Positions 54,961 through 64,000 of a DNA stretch of 64,000 nt are shown here, one piece after another. The DNA is from Octopus sinensis (taxonomy: Eukaryota), in contig NC_043009.1 in NCBI RefSeq assembly GCF_006345805.1, positions 30,752,001 through 30,816,000 of the forward strand, in the 5' to 3' direction. The number at the start of each line of letters is the position of its first letter. The stretch's first letter is position 1. The notes under the pieces are model-generated. The model was not told where the DNA came from and did no database searches. It was given only the letters and a program-made list of their open reading frames with translations. Both the position numbers and the translations under genes were made by a program.

Positions 54961-56623
54961 AACAGCTTCTTGCGGGAAATTACTCTGAAAGAAATCTTTG
55001 CAGAAAGGTGAGTAGATCGATTACACATTTCTTTCATTATGTTATCACAGTTTTGTGAGATTTGGCTTTTATTTCTAGCATGTGACTAGCCAATTTGAGG
55101 TAGCGGATGTGGGGGGTGAAAAATTGAAATTTTACGCACAATTTTTTTTCAGACTCATAATGTCTGTATTTTTGTATGTATTTCACCAAAAAAAATTTCT
55201 GGAAAAAGTGAAGAATGAAGAAAAGGGGAGTGGGGAAATTGAAATTTTGAAGTTGCGATTTTTGAAAATTCTTTTCAGAATCGAAATCTCCACAGCCTAA
55301 AGCGTTGGATTCCATAAAAAAAAAATTAAGTGGGGAAGGGTTCCGTTTACGTATCCTCCATCTGGACCTTCACACCATTGAGAAAAAATAGAAACATCAT
55401 AACAATAAGTATAAGGATTACAATACTGCTGACAAAAATGGTGATGCAAAGGAGGGGGGCAAAGAGGGTGAAGAAGAAAGAGGAGGAAGAGGAGGCGGAT
55501 AAGGTTAGGGAGGCGAAAGAGTTTCAGTATGATATTAGCGTGTATTTGATCTGCTAACCATAGAAACTATTTTATGTGGATTTCTTTATTCGAATTTCAT
55601 TCAAAGACCCACACTTTATATCTTCATGCTGGCTAATGATAATCTAAAACATGGTTCCAAACAGCTAATAATAGCAGTCAAAACTCCCGGAAATCACATC
55701 CTACATACTTAAAAAAAGACCTCATAATCCAATGTTAACTTTCCTGAAAACTGGGTGGCTATGGCTGGGATATCTTTCATAATTCCTCCTTTGGACTTCT
55801 TGGTTCAAATAATATCAAAACAGTATTTTACTGATAGTAAGAAAAGTATACACTGAGATACACGCGCGAGCGCTCACTCACACATAAGCGTGTGTGCGCA
55901 GACAGGCATGCACAGACACACATATATATAATGGTAGAAACAAACATCAAGTGTGATAATTATGAACATGTTTGATACAAACCATCGTTCATCCATCAAT
56001 TACAAATGTTGTTCTCTGTAAATATATTTTAATATTATTCAAACTTACGGCGTAAGATACAAACGATATTCATGTATATAAATTAATATAGTTTTCAGCA
56101 TATCTTGTTTCTCTATAAACCTTACCACCATTACCTGTCACAAGTTTAAACAAGCAATAAAACGTTTTATATCCAATTAAATTCAAAGTGATAAAATTCT
56201 TTGAAGTTCTCATAAAGTCTAAATAAACAATGTTCATGTAATTTCTCAATAATTAACAAAAAGATTATATATTTATTTAAATGATGCGATGATTATCTAA
56301 AGAACATTGATTTGCAAAAGTAATAAAATCTGCAGTCAATTATTGAACTTTTTATCGTTGTTTTCATGAAAACACGGCAGCAAATTAGATCATTACTTAA
56401 CTGTAGATTTAAAACAACTACCAGTAGAAACGCAGTAATCGAGTGGTGAGATATGAGCAAGCTTATGAACTTAAATTCAATGCAGTACAATGAAACTGTT
56501 TTTGAAAAGCTAATGTAAACCGAAGAAAATGTTTCTTTATGTATGTGTATGTATGCATGGAGTTATATTGTTAAGCTCAAATGACTAGAACGCATGCCTG
56601 AAGGAAAAAAGAAAACATGCCAT

Positions 56624-57470
56624 GGATCTTTACCTTTTGACCGGCAGATTTAGAAAATAATTTTTTGTTACTAAACATTTTCAAACTTCATATACTGTTA
56701 GAATGTGTCATATATAAAACATCTTTTACTCTTAGCGTTTTTGAGAAAACTTTATATTTATGAAGTTATTTCATGTAAAAGTTGACATATTTCGGTAATT
56801 TCCACCAATCAATGACGTGTATTCAGCTGAATAAAATTACTGCCGTTGTTTTTCAACCACAACTATTGGTGGTGTATTTTTCATTTGTCACTGTTATTTA
56901 TGACATTGTTCCTGCATTTGTACTGGTTTTAGCTTTAAGGTGTTAGGGTTAGAGTTTTAGGGTTATGGTTAAGGGGTTAGGGTTGGGGTTTTAGGGTTAG
57001 AGTTACGGAAAAAATTAAATATGAAGAAATTGGAGGGGTGGGGGTGGCAAAAATGTCTTTCTGAAAATAGTAGCTAAAAAACAAGAAAAAAAACTAAAAG
57101 CAGTAGAAATGCACAAACAATTATGGTGGTGCCACGAAGTAAACATGCTTCAGATACACTTGTTTATTCATACAGACATAACTGAGATAAAATATGTCAT
57201 AAACAACAGTGACAAATGAAGTACACACCGCCGGAAGTTGTTGACAGTATTTTTTTCAGCTGAATGCACGTCATTGATTGGTTGGAATTACCAAAATACG
57301 ACACCCTTAGCACAAAATAACTTCGTAAATATAGAGTTTTTTCAAAAAGAGTAAAAGAGTAAAAGATGTTTTATATGACACATTCTACCAGTATACAAAG
57401 ATACAAAGTTTGAAAGTGTTTAGTTCCAAAAAATTATTTTCTAAATCTGCCGGTCACAAGGTAGAGATCC
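56624..57470. mobile_element. Non-autonomous long-TIR DNA element with internal telomere-like repeats
   Basis: ~280-bp inverted arms (ggatctttaccttttgaccggcagatttagaaaataa / ttattttctaaatctgccggtcacaaggtagagatcc). Flanks catgccat / catgccgc. Superfamily not assigned. Confidence 0.85.
56938..57008 (+). repeat. Degenerate (TTAGGG)n tract
   Basis: gttagggttagagttttagggttatggttaaggggttagggttggggttttagggttagag. Confidence 0.8.
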
Positions 57471-57518
57471 CATGCCGCTCATCACTTGTCTATCAATGGA
57501 TTTTCAAGGTTTTGATAC

Positions 57519-57609
57519 CTTAGGACTTCTCCCCTCCAGCCAGAATCGTAGGAAAGCTTCATGCACGGTTGTTAAGAATTGATAGAATGAAGAAGAGACG
57601 TAGAATACA
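57519..57609 (-). CDS. Candidate coding exon (91 nt) VFYVSSSFYQFLTTVHEAFLRFWLEGRSPK
   Basis: Acceptor cattttag, donor AAG|gtatca, open frame, phase-compatible with 58088-58121. Confidence 0.3.
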
Positions 57610-58087
57610 CTAAAATGTACAGTGAGAAATCTTGGCGACGGGACAGAGAAAACACAAACCACATGAAACAAATTACGGTTAAGACTCAGGCACAAAAGAA
57701 AAGCAAAACAAAATGAGTTATGCTTCTTTATGTGTTCAGCTGAAATCCCACTGAGGCGAACTCTGCCGTTTATCTTTACGACTTCGAAAAACTAAAGCAA
57801 CATCTTAGAACAGAAGTCAATGTAATTGATAAACTTCTGTCTCAGGAAACTGCTGGCATCGTGCCTAGAATTAGAAGCTATTATTCACAATCTATATTCT
57901 TTAGTATCTATAGATTTATGACGACAATGCATGAAAACAGCCAAAGTAAAGTTGAGTTAATCAATTTCGTAAATAGATTGAAATGACTAGGTATCATTAT
58001 ATATCAATATTTATGTAACATAATATTTATCTCCACCAGGTACCATATTTTATAAATAGGAAACCTATGATGTTATTTAATACTTAC

Positions 58088-58121
58088 CTGTAGTTCTCTA
58101 ACCTACCACAGCACGCAGCGA
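58088..58121 (-). CDS. Candidate coding exon (34 nt) AACCGRLENY
   Basis: Acceptor acttctag, strong donor CAG|gtaagta. Confidence 0.28.
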
Positions 58122-59220
58122 CTAGAAGTTTATAAGTGAACATAACCCATTAATTCAGAGATAAATGTAATGTTTAAAGTCTATTAGGTATTATGTAAGA
58201 AAGACTGAAAACAACATCAATTCAATTATTGATGTGTGTTTATCAAATCCATCTGAGAATACAATCTAATAATAGAAATGTCTTAAATTAGTAAAGGCTT
58301 AGTTGATACAAACGGATGAATTTGTGTGAAGTAGCTTACATAGTATTAAAGTATTACTGGGAATGGGCAAACTACAGCAGGATGTCTATCATCGGTGCGC
58401 ATTAGAGAAGAGAGATTACAATAAGGATTAGAGTGATATATACACTGACTGTTTAAATTCCAAATTGCTTTGTATTAAACGCTGCTATAAAGTTTGAAAA
58501 TCCAAACAGATTCGATTACAAGTACGCCATGGTAATTTTCAGTGGCTTTCATTAAGATTTGAATAAGAATACATCAGCATTACGAAGTTTTATTGGAATT
58601 TTATAGAAATGAAATATTATATCAGCTGAATAAAATATAAAATATAACAACAAGCGAAGATTCAATACAACGAATTTAAAAAGATTCGATTTGACTATTT
58701 GGCCTTTTCCAATATCTTCTATATATTTCCCCATGTGACATTATTATTTCATTTCTGAAATGGCCAGACATGAAGACATCAAGATTTATATTATTTTCAT
58801 TTGCATTAATATTCGGTTACTTGTTCAGAATCTTCATCATTTGGACAGTTTTCTAATTTACATATACCTATGTCTAGCTTATTGTCAGTGTAGGTACATA
58901 TATAGGTACATACACACTCAAACACACTCACACAAACATACACACATATGTATATATGTATACATACACAATTACATATACACATAATGTATGTGCCTGT
59001 GTGTGCGTGTGTTTGTGTATATAGATACGTATATAAATAGATATACATCTATACAACAATATTCATAGACATATATTTAAAAAGTGAGAGCTTGAGATCA
59101 TCTGTATGGAAAACACGTAGTAGTGCTCAGATGATTTGAACTTACACTCTGAAATCTTTATCGATAGAGATATATTTGCATATATGTGGCTATGTACGCA
59201 CATTAATATACATACATGTA

Positions 59221-59482
59221 AAAAGGTAAAGGCAAAGTTACCTGTTCGAGTCATACCGATTCACAAGGCCTGGTTCCATGGTTTCACGGTGTATATATTC
59301 CCCACCTGGATGGGACACCAAGCCATCGTAGGGTTATTCCTTTTTACCAGCTGAGTGGACTGAAGCAACGTGAAATGAAGTGTTTTGCTCAAGAATACAG
59401 TGCATCGCCCGGTCTAGGAATTGAAATCACAATCTTATGAACATGAATCCAAAACACTAACCACTAAGCCAGGCACCTCCAC
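59221..59482 (-). mobile_element. tRNA-SINE with family A-like head and a different (RTE-like) tail
   Basis: Minus head ggcttagtggttagtg..gatttcaattcc; tail ends in tttgcctttacctttt. Confidence 0.7.
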
Positions 59483-59520
59483 ATACATGTAGATGTATGT
59501 ATGTGTACTTTTATATATAT

Positions 59521-59715
59521 CAGGGGTGTATATTCCATGTTTGCCAGGTGTGCGCTGCACAGCCATCGAAAATGACAGATTCATTTTAAATATTAACGTT
59601 GCTTATAATTTTAATTACATATCTTAATGGAAAACTTTTGTTATATCCCCTACTTGAAATTTGGCACCATTGGGTGCGGCAGCACACACAAAGCAACAAC
59701 CACCATACGCCACTA
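59521..59715. mobile_element. Possible hAT-type MITE
   Basis: caggggtgta at the left and tacgccacta at the right resemble CAGTGGCGTA/TACGCCACTG termini; TSD poor. Confidence 0.3.
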
Positions 59716-60291
59716 ATACATTACACATACACACACATATAGATACATACACACACGCACACACATATATATCTAAAGCCTACTCCTACCCTGCTTCTTT
59801 TTATAGACACTTACTTATATCCAACTGACTACTCCCAATGTCTTATTTCCTCCCTGGAGAAAAAGGGATCCATATGATGATATTTATGGGCATACCCCTA
59901 GCCATGAGCTGTCAACCTACTCTTGTCCTATATTCAAAATAGACACAATTTTCTAGAATCAGATTTAGTAGTTGATAAAGAGATAAATGAATTAGAAATG
60001 AATTACAATAGAATTACAATACCTTACAACACTATGACCGCACTAGGCTTCATGTGACTCTTAGAAGTTGTAGTCTCTTCCTAGCTATAATAGCGACAAC
60101 ATGAATTTCTTCCATCTTCTTACTCTGTTAGAATATTTAAGAAAGTTTATATTAATGTTTCCTACTTGTTAAAACTCCATTTATTTATTTGTGCAGCTGA
60201 AGACAGCACTGCATTTAAATTGATGTAATGATTGCATCATTCAATGAAATGGATCCACTTGAAGCGGTCGTGCAGCATCACTACTTGATGC

Positions 60292-60331
<40 letters not shown>

Positions 60332-60405
60332 TCAATATAGGGTGGCAAAAAATTTTGTAGAATTTTTTTTGCCACCAGCGTGAAAATATCTGTTCCGACT
60401 TGGCT

Positions 60406-60512
60406 ATTTCTTACTGATGAATCTAAGGGCCTATGGAAGATTGGCTTGATTTAATTTAATCAGGTTAGTTTACCATTAAACAGTAGATGAAACGGTGCAT
60501 CGTATAAGAAAT
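60406..60512 (+). ncRNA. Type I hammerhead ribozyme, copy 1
   Basis: Stem I atttctta/taagaaat; CUGAUGA; stem II atcta/tagat; GAAAC-GGTGCATC-GUA. Predicted cleavage after 60504. Confidence 0.9.
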
Positions 60513-60892
60513 TACAGGGTAAATGTTTTTTAGTTTTCTCCTGGTTTACGGAATTGATGTTTATTTGCGGTTGAAGCTTTGGCTGTTATTTCTAGTGGGT
60601 GAATGGACTATTATGGCCGTTCCTTGATTGTGATGTTGAACTTAAAAATGGTCTTTGACTATTTAATTTTTTCCCACTAGGCCGCTGGTGGCAAAAAAAT
60701 TCTACAAAATTTTTTGCCACCCTATATTGATTAATTATGAATTTTCTGGTTAATTCCGTAATGGAATCGGCGGCTTATATTTATTTGCTGCCGATAAATT
60801 TGGCGCGAGTGCGATGATTTGAAAATTTTAGGTCAGATATTGCCGAGGCAGGGTCGGAAATGCCTCGTGAAAGTATCTGTTCCGACTTGGCT

Positions 60893-60999
60893 ATTTCTTA
60901 CTGATGAATCTAAGGGCCTATGGAAGATTGGCTTGATTTAATTTAATCAGGTTAGTTTACCATTAAACAGCAGATGAAACGGTGCATCGTATAAGAAAT
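60893..60999 (+). ncRNA. Type I hammerhead ribozyme, copy 2
   Basis: As copy 1, with T>C at 60971 shortening stem II to 4 bp. Predicted cleavage after 60991. Confidence 0.88.
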
Positions 61000-61379
61000 T
61001 ACAGGGTAAATGTTTTTTAATTTTCTCCTGGTTTACGGAATTGATGTTTATTTGCGGTTGAAGCTTTGGCTGTTATTTCTAGTGGGTGAATGGCCTATTA
61101 TGGCCGTTCCTTGATTGTGATGTTGAAATTAAAAATGGTCTATGACTATTTAATTTTTTCCCACTAGGCCGCTGGTGGCAAAAAAATTCTACAAAATTTT
61201 TTGCCACCCTATATTGATTAATTATGAATTTTCTGGTTAATTCCGTAATGGAATCGGCGGCTTATATTTATTTGCTGCCGATAAATTTGGCGCGAGTGCG
61301 ATGATTTGAAAATTTTAGGTCAGATATTGCCGAGGCAGGGTCGGAAATGCCTCGTGAAAATATCTGTTCCGACTTGGCT

Positions 61380-61486
61380 ATTTCTTACTGATGAATCTAA
61401 GGGCCTATGGAAGATTGGCTTGATTTAATTTAATCAGGTTAGTTTACCATTAAACAGTAGATGAAACGGTGCATCGTATAAGAAAT
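61380..61486 (+). ncRNA. Type I hammerhead ribozyme, copy 3
   Basis: Identical to copy 1 by eye. Predicted cleavage after 61478. Confidence 0.9.
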
Positions 61487-61606
61487 TACAGGGTAAATGT
61501 TTTTTAATTTTCTCCTGGTTTACGGAATTGATGTTTATTTGCGGTTGAAGCTTTGGCTGTTATTTCTAGTGGGTGAATGGCCTATTATGGCCGTTCCTTG
61601 ATTGTG

Positions 61607-61661
<55 letters not shown>

Positions 61662-61902
61662 TATATATACATATATATATACATACATACACGCACACAC
61701 GCATATATAGTAAAATTCATATCGAATGGGTTTAGGTTTTCCTTCACGGCTTATTCAACCAGGTTAATATACGCACCCAAATTTTAAGTCATACTGAACA
61801 CAAATTTTACTCTCAATTTCATAGGCTCTCAGTATTGAAATCGTGCAAGATTGTTATTCTTACACTTGCTTTAAAATATGTTTGTTATATAAAAATAGTT
61901 GT

Positions 61903-62283
61903 CTTTTCTTCTAATTGTTTCAGTGATTTGACAGCGGCTATGCTGGCGCATCGCCATTAGTCGATCACATTAATCACAGGACTTCTTTGTAAGCCTAGTA
62001 TTTATTCTATCGGTCTCTGATATCGAACTGCTAAGTTACAGGGATGTAAACACACTAATATCGATCGTCAAGCAATGGTGGGGAACATACACAGACATAC
62101 AAATAGATACATACATATATACGACGGGATTCTTTCAGTTTCCGTCTACCAAATCCACTCACATGGCTTGGTCGGCCTGAGGCTATAGTAGAAGACACTT
62201 GCTCAAGGTGCCATGCAGTGGGACTGAGCCCAGAACCATGTGGCTGGGAAGCAAGCCTTTTACCACACAGCCACTCCTGCACC
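61903..62283 (-). mobile_element. CORE-type SINE family B
   Basis: tagtagaagacacttgctcaaggtgccatgcagtgggactgagcccagaacc..accacacagccactcctgc. Confidence 0.88.
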
Positions 62284-62805
62284 TATATATATATGTGTGT
62301 GTGTTTAATTTACAAGGAAAGGTCCGAAGAAATAGTTAATGAACACTGTTATTTATGAGCTCATCCCTGATAAGATTGCTGCGTTATTTTTCTTCCCGAA
62401 TTAATTTTAATGTATCCATTGAAACATATAAATGATTTATATAACTTTTGCGTTTGTCTCCCCTTTCCATTTCTCTTATATATATATATTTGGAATGACC
62501 ATTTAGAATAAACTTTTCAAAATATTCGAGTATTTTTATTTTTCTAATATAAAGTGAGTGTTCCTATGCCTAAAACAGATCTGAGAACAGCTGTGATTAA
62601 TGGAGGGAATTTCAGGTTCCTGCTAAAATTCTTGGGAGCAAAGATTTCAACGAAGCCCATCACCTTGAGTGTGATATATATATTGGTAAGCATTTGTTAC
62701 TGTGGAATGTTTAAGAAAAATATGTTGGTTATTCATACTTGATGCAACTTTTGTATTCAAGCCATAATTTCCCAGCAAAGCCAGTAAAGAGGTATCCATG
62801 ATATA

Positions 62806-63194
62806 CGTGGAGGCGCAATGGCCCAGTGGTTAGGGCAGCGGACTCGCGGTCATAGGATCGCGGTTTCGATTCCCAGACCGGGCGTTGTGAGTGTTTATTG
62901 CGCGAAAACACCTAAAAGCTCCACGAGGCTCCGGCAGGGGATGGTGGTGATCCCTGCTGTACTCTTTCACCACAACTTTCTCTCACTCTTACTTCCTGTT
63001 TCTGTTGTACCTGTATTTCAAGGGGCCGGCCTTGTCACTCTCTGTGTCACGCTGAATATCCCCGAGAACTACGTTAAGGGTGCTCGTGTCTGTGGAGTGC
63101 TCAGCCACTTACACGTTAATTTCACGAGCAGGCTGTTCTGTTGATTCGGGTCAACCGGAACCCTCATCATCGTAACCGACGGAGTGCTTCCATA
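62806..63194 (+). mobile_element. SINE family A (young copy) with probable 9-bp TSD
   Basis: Near-identical to 5576-5946; catgatata at 62797-62805 and 63195-63203. Confidence 0.92.
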
Positions 63195-64000
63195 CATGAT
63201 ATAGTAAAACTGCACAAACACCGAGTTGAAGATGCGGGTAGTTTACCGCAGTCGAAATGGTGATCTAGTAAAGTACTGTGAACATCCACAAATATTTCTT
63301 GACTGATTTTTCTCTCTAAAATATATACCTCAGTGATGACATTCTAAACTGATGGCTGGATGAAAGCTGAAGTGGAAGAGAATAGTGGAAGGAGGTAAGG
63401 TGAAGAAGTAGTAAGTAAGTTGCAGGTGAAGTGAAACCTTTGTTGAGACTTCAGAAGTCACATTTACAAAGGTTACAATTGAATTAAGAACAAGGAATAT
63501 AAGACTTGATGTGAGTGTGTCGGGATGAAACGAACTCGCAATAAAAGTGAGAAGCGAGAGGTAATATGCCAGGGAGGTTGAAGTAATACTGCGAATTTTG
63601 GCTTGTTGTTCTTTGAAATAATCCAAGACAGTCCTGTGCTGTGGCCATCGAATAAAAAAACAATGATACAATGATCAGTTATAGTTAATCAATAGCTAAT
63701 GTATTAGTGGGTGGATGGGTGAGATTTTCCTATGCCTGCCTCTTAACCTGGATATGCTTTTTACAGCGTTACCACAGAGCAAATACGGATTACTAAGACT
63801 AGATAGAGTATATAGATACACGGCTTTATCGTTGTGTGCATGTGTATACAGATGCATGTATTTTCTTTATTCTCTTGCATTGGAATATATCAAGCTTATC
63901 TTTGAATGGTCATGTCATTGGGTTTGACATTTATGCCATGGCATTAAGAATATGGAAAACCTAAAAGAATGCAAAATATTTACAAATAAACCAAAATAGG

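Larger units (their letters stand above)
53802..55368 (-). mobile_element. Merlin (IS1016/IS1595-superfamily) DNA transposon, internally deleted
   Basis: ~350-bp imperfect TIRs starting ggtccagatggagga and ending tcctccatctggacc. 8-bp TSD tccacacc (53794-53801) / ttcacacc (55369-55376). Transposase remnant inside. Confidence 0.9.
60324..61609 (+). mobile_element. Retrozyme-like concatemer: ~2.5 x 487-bp HHR-bearing units with a 57-bp inverted 5' segment, inside (TA)n
   Basis: CTGATGA at 60414, 60901 and 61388 (exact 487 spacing). About six substitutions between units. No ORF of 60 aa or more in the track. 60324-60380 is the reverse complement of unit sequence ~60683-60738. Confidence 0.88.

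Noticed and set aside
61310-61385. HDV-like ribozyme on the minus strand of the pseudoknot (G-started 7-bp P1, ttcacg resembling L3)
   Set aside because: P3 cannot form, and there is no GG for P1.1 and no catalytic C in J4/2.
60381-61609. CRISPR array or simple satellite interpretation of the 487-bp repeats
   Set aside because: No spacer-repeat alternation. The ribozyme cores, inverted 5' piece and partial end units fit a retroposed concatemer better.

Overview
Strongly AT-rich, microsatellite-dense metazoan DNA, almost entirely non-coding. The SINE families and repeat landscape suggest an octopod cephalopod (inference). No intact protein-coding gene, rRNA, functional tRNA or CRISPR array could be supported. 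The window holds: (i) the decayed 3' half of a Penelope-like retroelement (PLE; RT + Cys linker + GIY-YIG) at 1-1300; (ii) dozens of tRNA-derived SINE copies of at least four families; (iii) an internally deleted Merlin/IS1595-type DNA transposon with an 8-bp TSD and a transposase remnant (53802-55368); (iv) a second long-TIR element with internal TTAGGG-like repeats, a composite Helitron and a near-palindromic foldback element. The strongest signal is a set of hammerhead-ribozyme (HHR) retroelements. A 487-bp unit is repeated ~2.5 times at 60381-61609, each copy carrying a type I HHR with an intact catalytic core. The two complete upstream segments carry a predicted pseudoknot, and the insert has a 57-bp inverted 5' piece and sits in a (TA)n tract: a retrozyme-like concatemer that looks reverse-transcribed from a circular RNA. 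Four copies of a SINE-like family with a minimal PLE-type HHR tail show the same outward-facing inverted-arm geometry, and the PLE remnant ends in a decayed HHR. All RNA structures were paired by eye; no folding, alignment or database search was run.
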